A DNA stretch of 47,063 nt from Chromera velia (taxonomy: Eukaryota): NCBI GenBank assembly GCA_018398765.1, contig JAHBMJ010000458.1, forward strand, positions 1 to 47,063, read 5' to 3'. Shown piece after piece: positions 21,540-43,286 of this stretch (position 1 is the stretch's first letter; each line of letters opens with the position of its first letter). The translations under genes were made by a program, and so were the position numbers. Below the pieces are notes generated by a model. It made no database searches. It was not told where the DNA came from and was given only the letters and a program-made list of their open reading frames with translations.

Positions 21540-23120
21540 TCAAAAGTCAACCCCCAACTTCTCCAGGCACGATGTCAAGCGGTCATCAAAGAAAGCCTGC
21601 CAGTCGCGGTTTTCTGTGAAGGACACATCAAAATGGTGTGTGTCTGCAAGGATCGGTCGCCTCTGAAAAGTCGAATGGCACAAGAAGCTCTTCCGCGTCC
21701 CTGCTGCTTTGTTTTGTGTCTCTGGACGCGGTGTGGCTGCTTCTGTGCACATAAAGTCGTTAAAATCGCAAAGCTGCATGCACGAAGTGCAGGAGGAAGC
21801 GCATGAAAACACAGACGTAAGCTTGAGTGAAAAAAGGACGATTTCAGACAGGTAGGTAGATAAATAGATACACTTTCAGCATCAAGCTTAAGGTAACGAC
21901 CACACAGAGGCGCACACGCGCACCCACGCGCGCACGCTCAGAGGAAGGGAGAAAGAAGAAGAGGGTCGGTCAGAGTGGAAGAGAACTGCAGTGACCGATA
22001 GTGTGAGAAACTGGCGACAGAAGGATGAAAAAAGGCAGGCAGGCAGACAGACAGATGGACAGACACATGAGCAGATGAACACCGAAGGATAGAACAGGAA
22101 GGAAGGCAGATGGAAAGAGAGGGACATCTAGAGACAACAGGGAGGCTCACTTGAAAGCGGCTTGACGTTTCCGAGGTTTTGCGGAACTCCTCAATTGAAC
22201 GGGCTTCTCTAAACTTGGCAACGCACTTCCTCTCATCCAGTCGGTGGTTCCTCAGACAATTCGGGTGCATGGTGGGACCCCATGGTGTCGTGTTGAAGAT
22301 CATCACTCTGACCGATGGATCCCCTCCGAGAGCAGAGGTCAGCAGATCCCTCCAGCCGTCAAAGCCCACCTGCAGACATTTATTGTTAGGCATCAATCAC
22401 CGCACGGACGTGCATGTGCAGGAACACAGTCAAATACAAAAGATCGCATGTACGCGCGCTCACACCAACACCTACGCCTACGCCCCCCCCCTTCCCCCCC
22501 CCACACACACCCATGCACACGCACCTGCTGTTCATCATGCAGTGAGACGAACACCAGCTTGGCAGGCTTATCAGAAGACGAGGTCGAGGGGACCGTCGTC
22601 ACCTCTGCCGACTCCTTCTTGTTACCCGTCCCATCGGTGCTGCCCTGCACAGGCACAGCTCTCTCTGAGCCCGAGCCTGAGGTTCCTCCTAGTTGTTGTT
22701 CTTTCTGAACGAATCGACGAATGTCCGCGAAAACCAACTCCGCCCAACCCTCTGTGCATTTACCCAAACGTGCAGATGTCAGAAGCCCCCCAGACGTACT
22801 GTTCATCCGAATACGAATATTTTTGCGCACAGCAAACTGCACATACACAGAAACAGGAAACCGAGGCGTGCGCAAAACGACTCTTCACAGTGGCACAAAT
22901 GCAATCATCCAACAAATATCTGCTTTTCATTCCGTCTCTGTCATCGGCTATCGAACGACCATCCCCTCTGTTCTTCCTTCCTCCCTTCCCTCCTTCCTTC
23001 CTACCCGTATACTCAGTGACTTACTGACTGAAAAACAAAACAGCCTTGCCGGGCCCCAGGTGTGCGCCTTTTCTGTCTGTTCGTGTGTCTCTGTGTCTTC
23101 TCATCAGGTAAGATTAACAC

Positions 23121-23161
<41 letters not shown>

Positions 23162-23954
23162 TTTTGAGATTCCGGAAGAGATGTGCCATAGTGGAGTCCC
23201 CCACCGCAAGAACGTCAGCTGCAAGTGCTGCACTCGAGGGCTCGTGTACCACGCAGCTGGTGGTCTCCTTCGCACACCTCTTTCCCATGCATCCCTTCAT
23301 AGGCGGGTACCCTGAATTGACAACCCGCCCAAAGTTGGGAATTACCCCCAGCGTCTCATCTGTTGCCTTCTTCAGTCTTTTTTCTTCACCCGGTAAAGCT
23401 TCAGCCGGCTGAATACTCGTTGTTGCAGAGGGGGTAACTTGAGGGGGGGCAGCAGGTAGAGGCGGTGCTTTGGTTGTTGCTTGCGGTTTTGATGCCGTCG
23501 CGGGTGGTGTTGGTAGCTTGTCATCTTCGCAGTCAGTTTCAGCAGCCAGAGAGACTGTGCGATGAGTGCATTTTACTGAAGCTTCCTGGGTTGTTTTGTG
23601 TGGATTTGTGGATTTGTGCTGTCCTTCCGTCTCGTCAGTCGACGCTGCGGTTCCGTTCGTCGTTTCCCTCCCCTCATCAGATTGAGGAAAGAGATCACCC
23701 CTGTTGTCTCCCCCAGGACTTCCGGTCACCGACAGACTCCCGGAAGAAACCGACCCGTCTCCTTCCTCTGCCAGAGGCTCGAGGAGGATCGACTCACCAA
23801 AGCCCTTTAAAGTCATCCCTGCAAGCATGCGGCAGGTGCAAGAATGACAAAGAGACAATGAACAGGAAGAATAACTGGGGGAAAGCCGCGAGATTCTCAA
23901 AGAAAAAGTGACGAATGAAAAGAAGGCATGCCATGACTCTCTCTTCTTCTCCCT

Positions 23955-23996
<42 letters not shown>

Positions 23997-26260
23997 TACA
24001 TGAGCACAGACCTGCGTAGCACAAGGCGACAACCAGAACGCTGACTCCGACTCCCACCAGCAGAACGCGCCTTCCCGAAGCCGCCCAGCTGCCTCGGGAG
24101 TACCTCACCGGGTTCTCTGCCAGGTGGAGTCCCGCCCAGGCGGGGACAGACGAGAGGAAGGTGACAATCACCAACATGGGCCACTTTGAGTCCTCAGGAT
24201 ATTCTCGTTGCCAGTAGAGCAACAGAGGCCAGTGCCATAAGTACAGAGAATAGGACATTCCCCCTGCACGGAAGAATATGAAAGGTATAAAGCGCTGGGA
24301 TATTCTCGATGCCAATCCACCATCAAGTGCACAAAATAAAAGATGCTCCGACTTGGAGATGGATGAGACAGGCAAGAAAGAAATGTGATTGATAGATCTG
24401 GATGAACGCAGATGTGATAGAGAGAAAGGTGCAGAATCAAGTATCCGTTCGGCCACTCTCTGTCAGCATATGCACAGAAGCACAGAGAAAAGGTCGTTTT
24501 TGGGGAGGGACTTCAGTGAATTCTGGGGGACGAGTTGGGAAGAATTGGTTTGAGAAGGTGAAGCTTCGAATAAGAATACAAGCAAACATGCCTGATAACC
24601 AAACAAACAAAGGACATTTTGAAAAAGAAGACGGTGCATGGAGGGAGACCAGGCGGAAGAACAATCCAAGTTGAAGACCCAGCTGCGAATCAAAGAGCTG
24701 AATAAGACATGGAAGGAAAGAGAACACTGGCCCCGGCTTTAGCGAGAGGCAACCACACTGTTGAACAGAAGACAAGAAAAATCAATCCTCGTATCGTCAG
24801 AGAAATCTGACGCATTTTCAAATGTGCCAGCCAAAGACAAATTGCTGACCGAGCCAAACCAAGAAAGGTGCTGATGCCCGCTCAATCAGCCAGTGATGAA
24901 TATGGACGGCTCTAGAGGGAAGAGAAGGACAAGACGGACCCCCCCCGCCACCTCTCTCCTTCTCAACCCCCACCGACACCCCTCCGCTATCAGTGTCACG
25001 CCTGTCGGGGGACTTTCTACCCGTCGAGGCCTCTTCTTCTCCTTCTTGTTCTTCAAATTTCAGCCCAGGAGGACATTGGGCTTCATGCTCATATGATCGT
25101 CCTGGTGTTCCTGACGTACCCGGCGGAATCAACGGGCGTCTCGGCGAAGGCGTGTCTCCGCTCGAGTTCCCATGGGAAGGTTGAATGGGAACCCTCCTTT
25201 CCATCTCCTCCTTCTCCTCTTCCCGCTCCTCTTCTTCTCTTTCTTCCACCCCTTCTTCCATTATCCTGTTCTCCTGTGTGTCCTTTGAGACAAACTTCGG
25301 CCTCTTCGAATCCTTCTCGCAGTGCATCCTCTGAAGGGGACTCAGAGACCGCCCCTCACGGGAAGAGAAATCAAAACTTTCGGACAAACCCCAAATCAGA
25401 AAAAGTGTACACACGGTGGGAATCACTGCCAACACTCCTGGCCACTTGGTGCTCGAGTCCAGGCTCGGCACTGCCCACAACAAGGTGACAAAACTGCCCA
25501 AGACAGAAAAAATCTTCGTAAGAGGGGACGTCGGTAACCATCCAACGGTTTCCATCTGTGCAGCCATGCAGCCGAAAAGAAACTGCCCCGCTCGGCTGAA
25601 TGGACTGAAAAATGCCCATGGCTGCAGCAGTCCGTTCTCTGCAAAGGTGAGGAAAGCAGAAAGTCCAAAGGAGGCTGCAGAGAGAACCAGACTCACCACC
25701 AGCCGAAATGCTGTGGAACGGGCCCGGAAGGCAAGCACCAACAACGGCCAAACGAGATAGAATTGCTCCTCAATATTTAGAGACCAGAAATGGAGAAGGG
25801 GACTTTTGTAAGAAGCATCATCGTCATTTGCATGCAGGTAGCTTGTAGCGTCGAGTGCTTTCATCATATTGAGTGAGTACAAGGAGGCGTTAACCCCGTC
25901 GGCCAGATCCGACTCAGCATGCGAGGGTTGCGCTCGAAGGATAGAATAAAAGATCACAAACAGAAGGACAAGGAGAGCCCCGGGGAAAAGCCTCTTCATT
26001 CTTCCTCCATAAAACCCGAGAAGGTCAAGGCTCCCCGTGTTGTCCAGCTCGTTTTGAAGCTTCCGGGTAATCACATACCCAGAAATCACGAAGAACATAT
26101 CCACTCCAATGTACCCTCCAGTAAACCAGGGTGCATCCGAATGGTAGAGAAGAACAATTCCAACTGCGACGCCACGAAGTCCTTCGATGTCAAGGCGGCG
26201 CTTCATTGCCGTACTACTACGAGCAACCGCAGATGTACGGTTGGACTGCTCTGACGACAT
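21540..26260 (-). CDS. 6-exon acyltransferase-3 + SGNH O-acetyltransferase (OafA/OatA/YrhL-like, ~1028 aa)
   Basis: Phase-consistent exons: 26260-24850, 24263-24012, 23818-23160, 22836-22525, 22369-22151, 21773-21540. AT3 motifs: RLDIEGLRGVAV..VLLYH, GGYIGVDMFFVISGYVI, RMKRLFP, LLHFWSLNIEEQFYLVWP, LGGMSYSLYLWHWP, ENPVR. SGNH motifs: AVGDSTMAH and LADTHHF. Confidence 0.9.
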
Positions 26261-26489
26261 TTTTAATTTGACTGACCTTTCTCAATTTTGTTTTGTCCCC
26301 TAAGTTCGCTGAAACTTGCCGAGAACTTTGGAGATTTCAGGGTCGCATTGAAGGTTCAGTTGTTTTGCAGCCTGGCCTACATCCTCCCTTTTGTGTGATG
26401 CTCAGATGGCGAAGAGTGATCAACGAGGTGGCCTCCTCGCGACATTCAACGGTGCAATGCATGATGAGGAGTGCGCTAGACTCTTAATT

Positions 26490-26570
26490 TCGGCTGGGCC
26501 GGGGGGCCGCGGGGCACGCGCGGCCTTTTCGGGGCCCGCCGCCCGCCGCCCGGCGGCAGACACGCATCTG
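26490..26570. promoter_or_regulatory. Putative bidirectional promoter core, GC island
   Basis: Near-pure GC tract between divergent ATGs at 26260 and 26874. Confidence 0.4.
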
Positions 26571-26873
26571 CACGGAATATCACGGAATATTGACTCATGC
26601 AGTGCTTTCCGTCGATTCACAGACGCAATTTAATATCGTGCTAACCTGCAAACAGAGTCAGGTGCCACAATGGTGCCACATGCAGGTCCGAAGTCGTGTA
26701 GACACAAGTAGACCGGTGAAGGAGGATGGGCATGCTGGCACTTTTAATAGGCGAGACGTCGAGCTAAAATTTTGTCTGTGCATATCTTCCCGTCTCGTAT
26801 CAGTTTGTTCTCTGTCCAAGCTCTCTTTCTTTCCCGCACACTGACTTTTGAAAGCTGTCCGGGAATCGCGCAA

Positions 26874-37663
<10,790 letters not shown>

Positions 37664-37681
37664 GCGGAAGAGATCTCTTGT

Positions 37682-38719
37682 TTGGCTGTGCAAATGAATT
37701 CGTGTCATGAAATCTTCTCGCAGTACTACTCAGAAATTCCCCTCGCCCCCCTTCGTTCCACTTCTGCTCCTCTTCCCGTCTTCCCATTTCATTTCTCCTT
37801 CCTTCTGTCTGAATGGAATGCAGGCCGCCTCCCCTGGAGAGATGGTCCTCTCTCTCCCTCAGGAGAGCCCCCATCTCATGATCACACACTCCCTCTCCCT
37901 CTACCTCCCAGATGTCTTCCGCTTCTTCCTTTCCAGCCTCCCCCACACATCTCTCCCAACTCTCCACTGTCTGACAACGAAACAGGCAGACAAAGGGAAG
38001 GAGTCACAGAAAGGGACAGAGAAAGAGACCAAGCGGACAAAGCACTGCCGACATCTGAACACACAAGTCGACCATCTTCCCTCCCCTCTTCATCAGCAGC
38101 CGCCCCCGCCCCCACCACCTCAGCCTTCCAAGGTACCCACACACCCAGAGCACTAGCGGAGGAGCACCCCGACCGCCCGCGACGTCTGCCACCCCTCAGG
38201 CCGCTAGTTCACAGACCTGCTCCCGGCAACGCTGCCAGTTCCTTAGTGCCGGACCAGAGGTTGAAGGCAGAACAACCGGATTTCCCGGGATGGCAGTTCA
38301 ACCCCCTTCCGGGAGAGGAAACCAATTCTCCCCCGAGACAAAAAGAAACGGCAGCGCCCCTGTCGTCATCCCAAAGTGGAAATGAGAGGGCAGCGTCACA
38401 AGTTCGGCACTTGAATGTTGGGGACAGCGGGGGCGCTAGTGACCTGACGTTCTCCTTTCAGTTTGTGAAGGATTTGGAGCGAGAGGAGAAAGAGAGAGAG
38501 AGGTCATGGCACCGTGAGACTTCACAAAGTGGGGACCTTTCAAGACACATTGGAGAGAATAGAGCTAATAGAGACACCCCTGTACCAACTGTGAGGAGTC
38601 TAGATTCTGCCGATCAGAGAGAGGGCCCAGGAGTATCTGCAGAGACGCCAGTGCTGCCTCCAGACGACCTTTCAGAGGGTCAGAGGGAAACTCCAAGACT
38701 CCAGATCGATGCAGTCTGA
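37682..38719 (+). CDS. Low-complexity P/S/E-rich ORF; possible extra terminal exon or separate gene
   Basis: 345-codon open frame with no recognisable domain and no clear initiation context. Confidence 0.25.
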   Translation: MAVQMNSCHEIFSQYYSEIPLAPLRSTSAPLPVFPFHFSFLLSEWNAGRLPWRDGPLSPSGEPPSHDHTLPLPLPPRCLPLLPFQPPPHISPNSPLSDNETGRQREGVTERDRERDQADKALPTSEHTSRPSSLPSSSAAAPAPTTSAFQGTHTPRALAEEHPDRPRRLPPLRPLVHRPAPGNAASSLVPDQRLKAEQPDFPGWQFNPLPGEETNSPPRQKETAAPLSSSQSGNERAASQVRHLNVGDSGGASDLTFSFQFVKDLEREEKERERSWHRETSQSGDLSRHIGENRANRDTPVPTVRSLDSADQREGPGVSAETPVLPPDDLSEGQRETPRLQIDAV

Positions 38720-39132
38720 CCATGCCAGTGGAAGCCTGCGTGTGGATCGAGTCTCCTTCGACCCTTTGCCTCGATCCTGTCCAAAAAAGATCATCAATGG
38801 TAAAATTCGATCCGAGCACATCAGAAGAAGAAGTCACAGCTAGGACATGCAAGCCGAGGAACTGAGAGTTGGCAGAAGGGCCAACCCGCTGCGTGTCAAT
38901 CTGTCCACAGACAAACGACAAACGCACTACATGTCCAGAGCCCCATTGAAGCTGCGACCAGCCTAAGAGATCCTCCTGGCCAGTCTTCAACGAAGCTCTA
39001 AAGCCATTTAGCACCAGATCTTGTGTACAGAAACGCTAAAAGCAAGTAAAAGGTAATGCTGCCTTTTAGAATAGAAGTTTTTCCTAAAGTTTTTCTATTC
39101 ATGAAAGAAAAACTTCAGTTGTAAATTTATAT

Positions 39133-40499
39133 GAATGAATGAATGAATGAATGAATGAAGTTGGCTTTGCTAGAGTGGAGCCGTGCTCCCAGCAGCCCAT
39201 GTTCATGCAAGAGATCGTCAATCACTCAACTCTAGAGATAAGGCTAAGCACGAGATCTCCTGAAGTGCTCGCTTGGTGAGCTCACGAGCAGTATACGCGT
39301 TAGAGGTGGCAATAGAAAACTCGAACAGAAGAAGAAAAGGTCGCGTTCACACAGAAACAGGCGTGCACAGTGAGTAACAAAGATCGCAAACGGCTCTGCA
39401 TGCTTCATACGGATCGACTTGTAAAGCCAAAAGCAGCATCTTCCTCGCTTCTGTTTCGGCTGCATCCGATCCCTCAATTCCTTCTCTCTGAATCCTTTGC
39501 TTCACTTTCGTTCCCTCCACCACTTTGTTTAGTTTATTTCTTGCTTCTACCCAATTGGAGCATACTGAAAGCCAGTGCCAGAGATCATCAATTTTTCTTC
39601 CATTTGAACAACCCTCTGCCAGACAAAACACCTCTCCCGGAGAGTTAGCCCCCCCCGTCAGACCCTTCCGATTTAGTGTCAATGCCCTTAGGGGTGGCTC
39701 AATCTTCTTACATAAGGCACTTCTCGGCAGACAGGATATCTGTACCTTGGGGCCATTCTTTGAAGACAAAAGAAATAGAGAAGAACGTGAAGAAGACAGA
39801 AGAGCTCTCTGTAGTCCTGATAAAGAGGCAGACAGGGGGAAGTTGCCCCTTTCTTCCTTGTCTCCCCTTTTCATGCATTCCATTCCCCAGGCATCCTTAA
39901 TTTTGGCAGAAACAAACAAATTCCCCTTCGGGGCCCGTCTTTCTGAGCTCCGGACAGGGAGAGACGTCAAAAAGTCAAGGCCTGCCCATCTGAACAGACC
40001 ATTGACGGCTCGTCTTTGCTTCTGCCCCGCTGGTCCCTTCCATGAATTCAAAAGAGCCTGAGGAATACGGAGATGCGAACGGCTAAGTGCAATCCAGAAT
40101 GAAGCAAAACGAGCATACAAGAGCGCGCGAGCAGACATTAAATTAACAGACAAAAGAGAAGGTACATGCAAACTCTTGACCGGAAGTCGGGCCGCCCATC
40201 GAACAAACCGGAGCCGCAAGTTGTCAATCGCCTCCCAGTCTCCCTGTCTTATCGGAAAGCACTCCAGGCTATAGAGTGCCACCGGCTCCCAGCATGCCTT
40301 CAGCAGCTGCATCTTTCCCCTGAGAGGCAACTCAGACAGACTCGCAGCCAGACCAATCACCGCCCCCATTGCACGCCCTGCACTGCGTAGACGTGCTTCA
40401 ATCGACCGAGTCAAATCCCCTCCTTCAAACAGAAGGCAACCCAAATATTTGTACTGATCACACCAGTCTACTTCCTTCCCTTGGTACAAAATCATGCCG
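39133..40499 (-). mobile_element. 5'-truncated non-LTR retrotransposon (LINE)
   Basis: ORF 40495-39347 begins at the RT end motif YKYLG, followed by a thumb-like region and a C-terminal knuckle (FCLAEGC...DDLWHWLSVC). (TTCA)n tail at ~39133-39159. Weak candidate TSD TTATAT at 39127-39132 and 40500-40505. Confidence 0.9.
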
Positions 40500-40650
40500 T
40501 TATATAATTTTTGTTTTAAGGTTGCATGCTAGGTTATATGAAAGACTCTTTTTTCTTGCGTTAGTTCTTATTATTTGTCTTTTATTATATGCAGAATAAT
40601 AACAATATCATAAAAGATTATTTAAGGATTTTAATATAGAAACTTTGAAT

Positions 40651-40868
40651 CTAGGCTCCCCATACGTAAAAAAATAATAAAGTTAATTGCTTAAAATCAC
40701 TTTCATTTTTTATCTTTTGATTTATTTTTTGAAGCAGACACTTCAAACTCACAGTTCAAAACCTATAGTGAACCTTCAAAAAATAAAAAAATAAAAAAAC
40801 AGTTTAAAAACTAATTAAGGTTTTGACCAAAATTTATTTTTTCTTTTTTTTACGTATGGGGAGCCTAG
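40651..40868. mobile_element. 218-bp hAT-type MITE with perfect 8-bp TSD
   Basis: CTTTGAAT|CTAGGCTCCCCATACGTAAAAAAA...TTTTTTTACGTATGGGGAGCCTAG|CTTTGAAT. Confidence 0.93.
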
Positions 40869-41138
40869 CTTTGAATTAAAGTCTTTGATTGATTGATTTA
40901 TACCTAGTCCCCCAGCATAACTCACCATAGCTTACTTATAGTAGCTTATGTTGAAGAGGTTTTTGTTATTTGTGACATTTCGGTCGATAGTTCACCAGTT
41001 TTAACTATAATTTTCAGTTGTTTTTAATCAAAAATTGTGAAATTATCTAGGAAATTATTGCATATATTGTGATGTAGTATGTCGTTGCATGTATACATGC
41101 ATGGTGTAGAGTAATGTATATATAGATGTATGATACAT

Positions 41139-41368
41139 GATAAGTGATAAGTGATTTGGTAGTGCCCTAGAGCACAGTCGCCATTTTGTCTTATAAAGGT
41201 CGCCTCCACAAACGGCAGGGGGGTGTACCTCATCGCTGAGGCTCAGACCACACCCCGTAGCCTACCTGGTTTCCCAGGCCGCTAACAAATAACAGGTGTA
41301 AGGCGGACGCCTTGCAAATAACTGGCACACAGCTCTAGGGCTTTGGCCTCAAACACAATGTAATCCTG
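41139..41368. mobile_element. Back-to-back family B (minus) and family A (plus) retroposon-like ends
   Basis: GATAAGTGATAAGTGATTT...TAGAGCACAGTCGCC...GTCGCCTCCACAAACGGCA resembles 15697-15775. GCTCTAGGGCTTTGGCCTCAAACACAATGTAATCCTG resembles 10385-10441. Confidence 0.6.
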
Positions 41369-41663
41369 CATTGAATCCTAGCTGTATTAACTAGATTAGA
41401 CTGATTAGTAATGATCTCTTTAAAAAAACAAGAAAAACATGCAATTGTTTATGTTTAACTGGAAGATTTAACTATTTAGTCCACTTACAAAGATAATACA
41501 TTCACGTTAATTCATGTTCAACATAATTGAATGATATTGAATGAATTTAGATCAATTAGTAAATTTATCTTAAGTGACGTCTTACTCGGAGTCTTGTCAC
41601 GAATGATGAAACACTGGCAGCTTGTCACAGTACCGTCTGCAAATCCTAACTGGCATTTTGTGA

Positions 41664-43252
41664 TCATCTTGCACCGGAAGTCTCAGGGCGTTTCTTTCCT
41701 GTGCCCGCTTCTGGTGCGGAGCCCGTCTGACCCTCCCCGGCTTCAGAATGGGAATCAGGAGAAGGAGACTGCGCATGGACACCCAGTGCGTGGGCACGCA
41801 CCGAGGAGGCAAGGGCGGTGCTCCCCGGAGACAGGGGACCATCTGTCTCTGAATTCGTGTGCAGTGCGTCCGTGAGACTCACCGCTGCGGAGGTATCTTG
41901 GATTTGAAATTGGCTGGGCGGGAGACCGTCAGTTGTGTGTGTGCTGTGCTGATGCCCTGAGTCAGCTGGAGGGGGGGGGTCGCGGTCTCGACGTCTCCTC
42001 CCCCCTCTCCTTCCTCTCCGACCACCTCTTTCTTTCTGTTCTTTCTCTTCACTGCTTTTCTGCAGAGCTTCTGTCATTTTCTGCAACTCCAGCATGGATT
42101 TCTCGTCTTCCTCTATCCGTCTCCGTGCCGCTTCTCTCTGTCTCTGTTTTTCTGCTGCCTTCTCTGCTTCCTGCAACGATTGAAACTCTTCATCCTTCTC
42201 TTGAGCAAACAATAAACCTGCCCGTGCTTTTTCAATTGACTCGCTTCGTCTGTTTCGTCTCTCTTCAGGGTCCCCAAAGAGACGCTCATGTTCCAATTCA
42301 AACTCTTCAGTGGGGGGTGCCGACGCCCAAGAGACAAACTCCTCTCCGGCCTCTTTCTTCCTTTCCCACTCCGCTTCTTCTGCTGCCATTGTCAACCCTG
42401 CCCAATCAACCGGACGACTCGACTTTGCCTCTTCGGAGACAGACAGAGACACCACCCCTTCATCATTCTCCTCAAATTCCAGACCCAAACCCTCGTCCTC
42501 CCCACTTGATTCACCCTCACACGCCACCCAATAATTACGAGCAGACGCGCTCCAACTGTCCGGAGACAAATCTGAAGGAAGAACACCGATTTCAAATTTC
42601 CCGTCCCTTTTCTCATCTACCCCCTTTCCAGTTTCCCCCTCTCCCTCTGCAGATTCAATCTCTTGCATAGACACAGGCCGATAATCCTCCGGCGGCCGCA
42701 CATTTCTCTTTACTTTCATCACCGCTTGGGTCCATGCGTCACTCTCCAGGTTTTTTCTATCCGCTGCCGTTACATTCAAAACACCGGCAGCGGAGCCGAA
42801 TGCCAAAGCCTTCTCTGCAACAGCAACCCCTTCTCGAAGGTTCGCGTCTAAGTCTTCCTTTAAATAATTCTTTAACACACTCATTGTCCGTTGAACAACA
42901 ATGCTCTCTTTCTCATCCCCCCGCCCCTCCTCTTGGAGTCCTTGCAGGGCTACCCTCCGCACCTTCGCATCCTCCTCAGCTCTGCTTGCTGCGGCGGCGC
43001 GCAGCGCCGCCCACTCTTCCTCTGAGGCTTCTTCCGTCTCTTTCCTTCCCTTTCCGGCAGCCTGACGGAAAGGATTGTTGAGGGCTTGTGCTGTGCCCAG
43101 CAGTCTGTCGTTCATCAGTTCGTCGTTTGTGGGGGCACTCATATCGACCACCCTCATGTCCTCTCGCCCCTCCGCCTCCATTGATCCTGTCAGCATCTCA
43201 TCCCACTCATCCTCCCCTGCAGAGAGAGGGATTTTGTTTTTGTTTTGAACGT

Positions 43253-43286
<34 letters not shown>

